Positions 1 through 6,968 of a stretch of DNA of 13,347 nucleotides are shown one piece after another. The position numbers and the translations under genes are program-made. The notes under the pieces were generated by a model. That model was given only the letters and a program-made list of their open reading frames with translations. It did not search any database and was not told the origin of the DNA. This DNA is from Candidatus Krumholzibacteriia bacterium. GTDB lineage: Bacteria > Krumholzibacteriota > Krumholzibacteriia > LZORAL124-64-63. The stretch is taken from the NCBI GenBank assembly GCA_046484865.1, contig JAWOID010000056.1, positions 1 through 13,347 on the forward strand. Reading direction: 5' to 3'. Every line of letters begins with the position of its first letter. Positions within the stretch are counted from its first letter, which is position 1.

Positions 1-1
1 C

Positions 2-844
2 GCTCGAGTCTTGCGTGAAGCTCATCGTCACCGCGTGGGTCTCGTCCACCGGGATGCCGTTGCGGTCACGCGCCTCGAACACGATGGTCGAGGTCTCGCG
101 CATGCCCGAGGCGTGCACGTAGATGTGCGCGTGCTCGGTCTCCACCGCGACCATGTTGCTCGCCTCTTCCGAGGTGAAAGCCAGATCGGTCACCGCCTGG
201 TAGCCCGCCGCCGCGGCGGTGACGCGCGCCAGACCGGTGACGAAGCGGTCGGCCCGCAAGCGCATGCTCGCGGCGCCGCTGCTGTCGGTGGGCGCCTCGT
301 CGAACAGGACGCCCCGGCTGGTGGCGAAGCTCACCGCGGTTCCGGGCGCCACGGGGGCGCCCTGCGCGTCCGTCACCAGGGCGGTGATCACGGCCGAGTC
401 CATGCCGTCGGCCAGCACCTCGGTCTTGCTGGCGTAGAGCGTGAGGCCGGGCGCCGTCTCGACGACCTGCAGCTGTGTCGTGGGGGACAGATCGTCGAAC
501 GTGGCGCGGATCTCGACGACGCCGGCCTGCGGTCCCGCCCGGAACACGGCATGGGCCTCGCCGTTGCCGTCGGTCACGTCCGAGCCGGTGATGGTGCCCT
601 GGCTGGCGGCGAACGAGACCGTCTGCCCGGCGACGCCTCCGCTCTGGGTGGACAGCGTGGCCACCACCGTGGTCTGGCCGTTCAGGACGACGGCCGCGCT
701 GCCGGTCCGGAGCTCCAGCGTCACCACCTCGTCGGGCGGCACGACCAGCCCGTCGTCGTCCTCCTTGTCGCAGCCGGCCAGGAGCAGCATCATCGGCAGC
801 AGCAGCAGCAGCGCCGCGACCGCCGCACGAGACATCCTGTTCAT
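2..844 (-). CDS. Lipoprotein with tandem invasin/intimin-type Ig-like (Big_1-like) domains; C-terminus runs off the window
   Basis: Translated by hand (not in the ORF track). ATG at 844 gives MNRMSRAAVAALLLLLPMMLLLAG|CDKEDDD (lipobox LAGC, Cys25), with no stop to the window edge (281 codons). Repeated Big_1-like strings: VAGQTVSFAASQGTI..DVTDGNGEAHAVF; ADGMDSAVITALVTDAQGAPV..GTAVSFATSRG..TDSSGAASMRL; and the start of a third, STIVFEARDRNGIPV. Confidence 0.85.
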   Translation of the reverse strand, partial: MNRMSRAAVAALLLLLPMMLLLAGCDKEDDDGLVVPPDEVVTLELRTGSAAVVLNGQTTVVATLSTQSGGVAGQTVSFAASQGTITGSDVTDGNGEAHAVFRAGPQAGVVEIRATFDDLSPTTQLQVVETAPGLTLYASKTEVLADGMDSAVITALVTDAQGAPVAPGTAVSFATSRGVLFDEAPTDSSGAASMRLRADRFVTGLARVTAAAAGYQAVTDLAFTSEEASNMVAVETEHAHIYVHASGMRETSTIVFEARDRNGIPVDETHAVTMSFTQDSS

Positions 845-895
845 GCTCTACCCCCATCTGGTTGCCGCGGGCCGTCCGTGGCCCGGGCCGGTCGT

Positions 896-1636
896 CTAGC
901 CCCTGACGAACATCCAGTACGCGACCGAGAGAGCCAGGATGACGAAGAGGATCGCCGCCCAGGCCGGTCCGTACGCGAGAATCACGGGATCGAAGAACCT
1001 CACCACGCCGGCGAAGAAGTCGAGCACCGAGTTCAGGGCATCCTGGATGACCAGCGCCACGCCGCTCTGGCTGTCGGTGACGAAGCGGTCGATCACGGTG
1101 TTGTAGCGCAGGCCCATGCCCACGATGGTGAGGTGGCCCACGATGGCGAGCACCGCCACGATGGCCAGCCAGCGCGCGGCTCGCTTGACCGGGAAATCGC
1201 GCAGCCGGCCCCAGCGCTTCTCGGTGCCGCCGGGCACGGCGGCCGCGGCGCGCCGCCGCCCGTTCGTGCGATCCGCGGCACGGCCCAGTTCCAGGCCCTT
1301 GAGCTGGTTCAGGAAGATGTAGTGCTCGTGCCAGAAGCGCTCGAACCCCTCGGGGTCGGCGCTCTCGGCCGAGGCGGCCTCCTTCAGGCTGCGCTGGCGC
1401 TTGAGCAGATCGGTCATGGCGGCGAATTCCCGCCGGGCCTCGTCCGCGGCCATCGCCGGCACCAGGTCCTGGACCGAGCGCAGCCGCGAGGCGATCCGGG
1501 CCTCCAGCTCGCGGAAGCCGTTCTCCTGCTCGCTGGTGACCTCGATGCCGCGGGCGGCCGCCACGACCTCGCGGTACTCCCGCCAGTCGCCGATCAGACG
1601 CCCCAGGCGGTTCCGAGCGCGATAGCTCTCCAGCAT
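896..1636 (-). CDS. Hypothetical membrane protein (N-terminal helical soluble domain, two C-terminal TM segments)
   Basis: 246-aa ORF with AGGAGG RBS upstream of ATG 1636. Hydrophobic stretches WLAIVAVLAIVGHLTIVGMGL and WAAILFVILALSVAYWMFV. Co-directional with neighbours; no recognised family. Confidence 0.8.
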   Translation of the reverse strand: MLESYRARNRLGRLIGDWREYREVVAAARGIEVTSEQENGFRELEARIASRLRSVQDLVPAMAADEARREFAAMTDLLKRQRSLKEAASAESADPEGFERFWHEHYIFLNQLKGLELGRAADRTNGRRRAAAAVPGGTEKRWGRLRDFPVKRAARWLAIVAVLAIVGHLTIVGMGLRYNTVIDRFVTDSQSGVALVIQDALNSVLDFFAGVVRFFDPVILAYGPAWAAILFVILALSVAYWMFVRG

Positions 1637-1690
1637 GGCAAATGCCTCCTCGGGGTGATCCGATGCTCCTCCACTGACCGGGCCCGCGGT

Positions 1691-2764
1691 CTACCGCTGG
1701 ATCAGCCCGCGCGCCTTGTCCGGATCGCGCAGGCGGGGTATCACGTCGGTGGTGTAGACCAGGCCCTGTTCGTGCAACTCCATCAAAGCGTCGTCCATCA
1801 GCACCATGCCCTGGGCATACCCGCTGGCGATCATGTTGTCCACCTGGTGGACCTTGTTCTCGCGGATCAGGTTGCTCACCGCGTTGGTGGCGAACATGAT
1901 CTCGCGGGCGGCGATCCGGCCCGGCCGGTCCTTGCGTCGCAGCAGCACCTGCGACAGCACCCCGCGCAGCGTCAGCGCCAGGCGGGCGCGCACCTCGGCC
2001 TGATCGTGCAGCGGGAACACGTCGATGATGCGGTTGATCGTCTTGCTCGCCGACTGCGTCGACAGCGTGCTGATCACGAAGTTGCCCGTCTCGGCCGCCG
2101 TGAGGGCGATCTCCATGGTCTCGCGGTCGCGCATCTCGCCCACGAAGATCACGTGGGGCATCTGCCGCAGCGCGCCCTTGAGCCCCTGCTGGTAGCCCTT
2201 GGTGTCGATGCCGATCTCGCGCTGGTCGATGTGGCACACCTGCGACTTCAGGTCGTACTCGATGGGATCCTCGATGGTCACGATGTGCTTGGGCATGTCG
2301 CCGTCGGTGTTCATGTAGTCGAGGATGCTGGCGATGGTGGTCGACTTGCCCGACCCGGTGGGTCCGGTGACCAGCAGCAGCCCGTTGGGGATGCTGACGA
2401 GCTGCAGCAGCAGCCGGTCGCTGATGCCGATCTCGCTGTAGTGCGGGATGGCCAGCGGCACCACGCGCATCACGCAGGCCACCGTTCCGCGCTGGAAGAA
2501 GACGCTGGCGCGGAAGCGGCTGCGGCCGGGCAGCTCGTAGCCCAGGTCCAGCTCCCAGTTCGTCTCCAGCTCGCGACGCTGCTTCTCGTCGAGGATCTGG
2601 TAGACCAGTTCCCTGGTGGTCTCGCCGGTCATCACGGGCCAGTTCTGGGTCTTCTCGAGGACGCCGAACACGTTGTAGGTGATGGGAGCCTCCGCCGAGA
2701 TCATGATGTCGCTGGCCTGGAGGGCGATGGCCTCCTCCATGACGTCATGCATGTTCATGCTCAT
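1691..2764 (-). CDS. pilT: PilT/PilU-family type IV pilus retraction-type ATPase (atypical His box)
   Basis: 357 aa; RFRASVF..R, Walker A GPTGSGKST, Asp box TIEDPIEY, QRE, Walker B VIFVGEMRD, AAETG, RIIDVFP, AVSNLIRE (cf. AIRNLIRE), GM..MD. GGAGG RBS upstream. Confidence 0.9.
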   Translation of the reverse strand: MSMNMHDVMEEAIALQASDIMISAEAPITYNVFGVLEKTQNWPVMTGETTRELVYQILDEKQRRELETNWELDLGYELPGRSRFRASVFFQRGTVACVMRVVPLAIPHYSEIGISDRLLLQLVSIPNGLLLVTGPTGSGKSTTIASILDYMNTDGDMPKHIVTIEDPIEYDLKSQVCHIDQREIGIDTKGYQQGLKGALRQMPHVIFVGEMRDRETMEIALTAAETGNFVISTLSTQSASKTINRIIDVFPLHDQAEVRARLALTLRGVLSQVLLRRKDRPGRIAAREIMFATNAVSNLIRENKVHQVDNMIASGYAQGMVLMDDALMELHEQGLVYTTDVIPRLRDPDKARGLIQR

Positions 2765-2830
2765 CGCGTCCTCCGGCGCCCGCGGCGCAGGCGTATGGGA
2801 ATCGGCCGGCGCCCGGGGCGCCTGCGGCCG

Positions 2831-4213
2831 TCAGCCATCGGTTTTCGTCGGCCTCGCCGGTTGCGTTCCGGCCGGCTCGAGCAGGTCGCCGGGCTCCAGT
2901 TCCTCCCTGGCGGCGGCCGGCACCTCGCGCAGCGCCGTCGGCAGGCCGGCGCCCTCGTCGCCGACGATGCGCGGCGTGATCTCGATCAGCAGGTCGAGAC
3001 GGACCTGCTCGTGGCGGCGGTGCTGGAAGAGCAGGCCGAGCAGCGGGATGTGACCCAGCAGCGGCACCTTCTTGATGTTCGTGCGCGATTCCTCGCTGAG
3101 CAGGCCGCCCAGGAAGATCTTCTCGCCGTCGCGCACCCGCACCAGGGTGCGAGCGCGGCGGGTGCTCGTCTGCGGCAGATCGTCGTCGGGGCCGACGAAC
3201 GCGATGATCCGGCTCACCTCGGGTTCCACCAGCGTGGTGATCAGACCGTCGTCACTGATGCGGGGCGTGATGTTCAGCCGCACGCCCACGTCGATCTTCT
3301 CGAGCTGCACGGTCTGGAACACGCCGCCCGCGGCCGAGGGCGACTGCAGGCTCGTGATGACCACGGGCACGGTCTCGCCGGCGAAGATGGCGGCGGGCTC
3401 GCCGTCGAGGGTCACCACCTTGCTGTTGGCGAGCTGGCGGGCGTTCCCTTCGCGGATCAGCGCGTCGATCGCCACCTCGAAGGCCAAGCGCTGGCGGTAC
3501 CAGTCCATGGTCTTGTCGGGCTTGATGAAGGGAACGTCGCCGGGCAGGGAGCCCAGGCCGGTGGGCTCGGACGGTCCCTCGGTCAGAACCGCGGTGTAGT
3601 TGGTGATCTGCTCCCAGTCGATTCCCAGCTGCTGAAGACGACTGCGATTCACCTCGATCAGGCGCGCCTCGAGCAGGATCTGCCGCGGCTTGCGGTCCAT
3701 CCGATCGACGATGCGGCCGGCCTCCTCGATCTGGCTCCAGCCCGCGCGCAGGATCACCTGGTTGCCGCGGATGTCGGGCGCCACGTTCGGGGTGAGCACC
3801 TTCAGTACTTCGGCCACCTCGTCGGGATGGGCGTACTGGAGCTGGAAGACGTGGGTGATCGGCACCACCGGCGCCGATAGCCGCTGCGGCTCGGCCACGA
3901 TGATGGTCTCGCCCATGCGCTCGTACACCAGCCCGGCGGCGCGAACCACCACGTTCAGCGCCTCGCTGAACGGCGTATCGCGCAGATGGATGGTGATGGT
4001 GCGCAGCGACGCCTCGGGCGTGGCCACGATGTTCAAGCCGCTGCGCTCGGCCAGGATCGCCAGGATCTCGGCCGCCGAGGTCGCCTCGGCATGGATGGTG
4101 ACCGGTCCCGGCTCCACCACGTCCTGCGCATGTGAGACCGAGTACGTCGCGAGCAATGGCAGCACCAGCAGTGCCGCCAGCAGACCCGCATCTCGGCGGA
4201 AACGAACGTCCAT
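2831..4213 (-). CDS. pilQ: Secretin, PilQ/GspD family (short, N0+N3+secretin layout)
   Basis: 460 aa; Sec-type signal peptide; N0/STN-like ILAERSGLNIV..TIHLRDTP..AL; N3-like VFQLQYAHPDEV..DIRGNQVIL; D..PRQILLEARLIEV, LGIDW, VGVRLNITPRI, TLVRVRDGE.I.LGGL, KVPLLGHIPLLGLLF, LLIEITPRIV. GGAGG RBS. Confidence 0.92.
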   Translation of the reverse strand: MDVRFRRDAGLLAALLVLPLLATYSVSHAQDVVEPGPVTIHAEATSAAEILAILAERSGLNIVATPEASLRTITIHLRDTPFSEALNVVVRAAGLVYERMGETIIVAEPQRLSAPVVPITHVFQLQYAHPDEVAEVLKVLTPNVAPDIRGNQVILRAGWSQIEEAGRIVDRMDRKPRQILLEARLIEVNRSRLQQLGIDWEQITNYTAVLTEGPSEPTGLGSLPGDVPFIKPDKTMDWYRQRLAFEVAIDALIREGNARQLANSKVVTLDGEPAAIFAGETVPVVITSLQSPSAAGGVFQTVQLEKIDVGVRLNITPRISDDGLITTLVEPEVSRIIAFVGPDDDLPQTSTRRARTLVRVRDGEKIFLGGLLSEESRTNIKKVPLLGHIPLLGLLFQHRRHEQVRLDLLIEITPRIVGDEGAGLPTALREVPAAAREELEPGDLLEPAGTQPARPTKTDG

Positions 4214-4224
4214 GTTCCTGCCTC

Positions 4225-4728
4225 CTAGTGAACCCTCTGCACTCTCAGCTGCTGATGCTCGTCACCCCTGCTCACCCGGATCGAGTCCGCGGTGATCCGC
4301 TCGACTTTCCACCCTCCGAAGGTGTCGCCCTCGTACAACCAGTCGCTGACCGCGTCGCCCAGCCGCACCTGCACCCTCGAGTCGTGGAGGTTGTAGATGA
4401 TCGCCTGCACCGCCGGGAACACGGGGGCCGCCGGCGCCGCAGCGACCGGCGCCCGTCTCACCCTCGGCGTGGGCACGCTGACGGGCGGGTTCCGGAACGG
4501 GTCTCGTGCCGCCGGCAGCGCTTCGCTCAGCTGCTCGAAGCGCCGCCTGAGCTCGTCCGCCACCCGTACTGCGGCCGTGGGCTGCGCCTGGGCGACCGCG
4601 GGCTCATCGGTGTGCAGCACCGCACCCATCGTCTGCTGGGCCCGCATCGCCAGGAACACGACCATCAGCACCACGAACGCGTATCCGATCAACAGACCGC
4701 GACTCCCTTGCAGGGCGATCTTGGTCAT
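4225..4728 (-). CDS. PilP-like / GspC-HR-like alignment protein, N-terminal TM anchor
   Basis: 167 aa between pilO and the secretin. RDPF motif, Pro/Ala linker and C-terminal beta domain (L.EGD.FGGWKVERIT.DSI.V). No cysteine, so not a lipoprotein. Start overlaps the pilO stop (ATGA). Confidence 0.7.
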   Translation of the reverse strand: MTKIALQGSRGLLIGYAFVVLMVVFLAMRAQQTMGAVLHTDEPAVAQAQPTAAVRVADELRRRFEQLSEALPAARDPFRNPPVSVPTPRVRRAPVAAAPAAPVFPAVQAIIYNLHDSRVQVRLGDAVSDWLYEGDTFGGWKVERITADSIRVSRGDEHQQLRVQRVH

Positions 4729-5255
4729 GATGCCAGCTCCCCGATCGGGTCATGAACCGTCACGTCGAATCGGCCTTCCAGGCGGCCGCTCTCCAGCATC
4801 TGCAGCTGGAAGGCGTCGATGGTGACCGGGCGCTCCGCCTGCTCGAGCATCCGCACGAACGCGAGCATGCGTCCGAAGTCGCCCATCACCCGCACCGTGA
4901 AGGGGCTGCTCCGCAGCGGCCCCGCCGTCACCGACTCGCCCACCAGAATGGCCAGCCGCTGCAGTCCGGAGGCGCCCACCATGCGTCCGATGAAGACCAC
5001 CGGATCGTCGTTGGCGCCCAGTGCGCGCAGATCGGGCAGCGACTCCACCTGCAGCGCGTCGGCCATGTCCTCGATCTCGGTGACGCGCGCCCTCTGAGCG
5101 GCCTGCTCCTGCAGCAGCGTGTCGCGCTGGCGCTCCAGCCGCCGGATCTCCTGCAGCTGCGGCCGCGCCATGCCCAGCTCGATGCCCAGCCCCACCAGGA
5201 CCAGGATCCCGGCCGCCGCGAGCAGCGCGCCCATGGCCTTGCCGCCGCCGCTCAT
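4725..5255 (-). CDS. pilO: PilO-like inner-membrane alignment protein
   Basis: Start moved to ATG 5255 (ATGA overlap with the pilN stop, GGAGG upstream), 176 aa. One TM, coiled coil, then PFTVRVMGDFGRMLAFVRMLEQAERPVTID, typical of the PilO/GspM fold. Confidence 0.8.
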   Translation of the reverse strand: MSGGGKAMGALLAAAGILVLVGLGIELGMARPQLQEIRRLERQRDTLLQEQAAQRARVTEIEDMADALQVESLPDLRALGANDDPVVFIGRMVGASGLQRLAILVGESVTAGPLRSSPFTVRVMGDFGRMLAFVRMLEQAERPVTIDAFQLQMLESGRLEGRFDVTVHDPIGELAS

Positions 5256-5812
5256 CGCTTCGCCTCCACCGGCAGACAGCTCACCGTGAACCCGGGCCGC
5301 GGGCCCTCGAGCATCTCGCCGATGCTGCACCGCGGCAGCACCGCGGCAATGCGCTCGTCCTCGCGCAGGCTCCCCACGAACTCGGTGACGGCGGTCAGGC
5401 TCTCGCGACCGCTGCGAAAACGGCCCTCCAGCTGCATGGAAGCGCTCCGTCTCGGACCCGGGCCGGTTCCCTTCACCGTCTCGAGCACCAGCTCGGGCCC
5501 GATGCGCTCGCTGAGCGCCGCGAGCTGCGGCGACCAGTCGATCCGCGCCTGCCGCACCTGCAGGATCGCCCGGGCCAGCCGCACGTCACCCTCCGCCACC
5601 TCAACCGGCCCGGCGGCCTGGCTGCGGGTGCGCTCGATGCTCGCCCGGACGTTCTCGGCCCGGTCCTCCAGCAGCCGGGCGCTGACCGCCAGGCTGCCCA
5701 CCAGCAGGGCCTCGGCCCCGAGCAGAGCCACCGCCAGTCCCAGCAGCAGCGTCCGGTGACGGCCGGCGCGGCGGGCCGCCACGTACTCCGGATGAAGGTT
5801 GATCCTATACAT
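5252..5812 (-). CDS. pilN: PilN-like inner-membrane alignment protein
   Basis: 186 aa; N-terminal RINLHP (INLLP-type PilM-binding motif), TM, coiled coil, WS..L..LS..I...L.L, and LEG......V..FV.SL. Overlaps the pilM end. Confidence 0.85.
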   Translation of the reverse strand: MYRINLHPEYVAARRAGRHRTLLLGLAVALLGAEALLVGSLAVSARLLEDRAENVRASIERTRSQAAGPVEVAEGDVRLARAILQVRQARIDWSPQLAALSERIGPELVLETVKGTGPGPRRSASMQLEGRFRSGRESLTAVTEFVGSLREDERIAAVLPRCSIGEMLEGPRPGFTVSCLPVEAKR

Positions 5813-6890
5813 CGGCTCCGTCCCACCAGCGGCACAGTCCGCAGGCCGTCAGGAACAACGGCTCGCGACCCTGCGCATCCTCTCGCCCCCGCGCTCCGTC
5901 GGCCAGCGAGGCCAGGGGGTCGAGCACCGTCAACGGCGTCTTCAGGTTCTGCTGCAGCAGTTCCCGGAGGCCGGGCACCAGGCTGCCGTACCCCGCCAGG
6001 ACCACCGATTCCACCTGCCGGCGCTGCCGGCCCCGGTAGAAGGTGAGAGTCTCGGACAGCTGCGCCGCCAGATTCGTGCACCAGACGTTCAGCCGCTCGC
6101 CGTTCGTGGGCGGTCCGCCGCCGGGCAGGGTGCGGCTGAGCAGGGCGCCGTCGGTGCCGCTGACGTGGACCGCGGCGTGCCGCGCACCCACGTCCAGCAG
6201 CGCGATGGCGCCCGCGGCAGGCGGCTGCATCTGCGCCAGCACGGCGTTCAGACCGGCCAGCGGCTGCAGGTCCACCACCTCCGGCTCCACGCCGGCGACC
6301 CGCAGCGCTTTCAGCAGCCGGTCGCGCTCGCCGCGGGCCACGGCCGCCAGCAGGACCCGGACCTGTTCGGCGCCGGTCTCGGGATCCTGGTCGCCCGGAC
6401 CCAGGATCTGGAAGTCGAGCACCGGATCGGTCATCTGGTCAAGGTTCAGGTGGCGGCGCGCCTCGAACGGCAGCGCGCGACGCAGCTCCGCCTCGGTGAG
6501 CGGCGGCAGCTCGACCTCGCGGAAGCTGGCCGCCTCGCCCCCCAGCCCCACGGCCACCCGGCCCAGGTTGCGCCTTCCGAGCTGCAGGCGGCCGAGCAGG
6601 CGCTTGAGGGCCTTGCCGGCGGTGTCACTCCCCAGGTCTGCCGCGGTGGGCGACGGCTGCGCGTCCGGCAGCCCGGCCCGCGCGGTGGCCGGGTCGGGCC
6701 CCGGGGCCCGCTCGGGGTCGTCGGTCGGGGCAACGCCCACGGAGATGATGCGGCCCTCCACCGCCTCCCCGATCGGTTCCCAGCCGACGTGGGTGATGGC
6801 CTGCAGCTGCGGAACCCCCCGGCCCCGCACCAGCTTGACGGCCGCGCCCCCGAGGTCGATTCCCGTCCGGACCGTCCGTGGGCCGAACAC
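5805..6890 (-). CDS. pilM: PilM actin-like cytoplasmic pilus assembly protein
   Basis: 361 aa from GTG; GIDLGGAAVKLV, R.V.LP.L...EL..AL.FEA..HL, VLDFQIL, VLLAAV, AG..P..VD.QPLA, ALLDVGA, VVLAG.G..VPGL, ACGL. Confidence 0.88.
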   Translation of the reverse strand: MFGPRTVRTGIDLGGAAVKLVRGRGVPQLQAITHVGWEPIGEAVEGRIISVGVAPTDDPERAPGPDPATARAGLPDAQPSPTAADLGSDTAGKALKRLLGRLQLGRRNLGRVAVGLGGEAASFREVELPPLTEAELRRALPFEARRHLNLDQMTDPVLDFQILGPGDQDPETGAEQVRVLLAAVARGERDRLLKALRVAGVEPEVVDLQPLAGLNAVLAQMQPPAAGAIALLDVGARHAAVHVSGTDGALLSRTLPGGGPPTNGERLNVWCTNLAAQLSETLTFYRGRQRRQVESVVLAGYGSLVPGLRELLQQNLKTPLTVLDPLASLADGARGREDAQGREPLFLTACGLCRWWDGADV

Positions 6891-6968
6891 CGTGGTTCCT
6901 TCCCTTCTGCGGCGGCGCCGCCTCCGGCCGCGCCGATTCGTCGTATTTCCTGCCGGCGCGTGCCGCTC

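Noticed and set aside
797..811. (CTG)5 microsatellite as a phase-variation tract
   Set aside because: In-frame triplets encoding the poly-Leu core of the signal peptide; slippage would not shift the frame.
66..2237. Long alternative-frame minus-strand ORFs (66-2237, 6625-8241, 11342-12871)
   Set aside because: Arg/Gly/Pro-rich off-frame reads overlapping genes that have clear family motifs.
2783..2830. CGCAGGCG/CGCCTGCG inverted repeat between pilQ and pilT
   Set aside because: Long loop, no U-tract, and plausible by chance at this GC content.
11..3880. 1289-aa plus-strand ORF and other long plus-strand ORFs (5799-8315, 11791-13302, 8991-9983, 4752-5759)
   Set aside because: Antisense shadows of well-supported minus-strand genes; His/Arg/Gly-rich composition without motifs, as expected in high-GC DNA.
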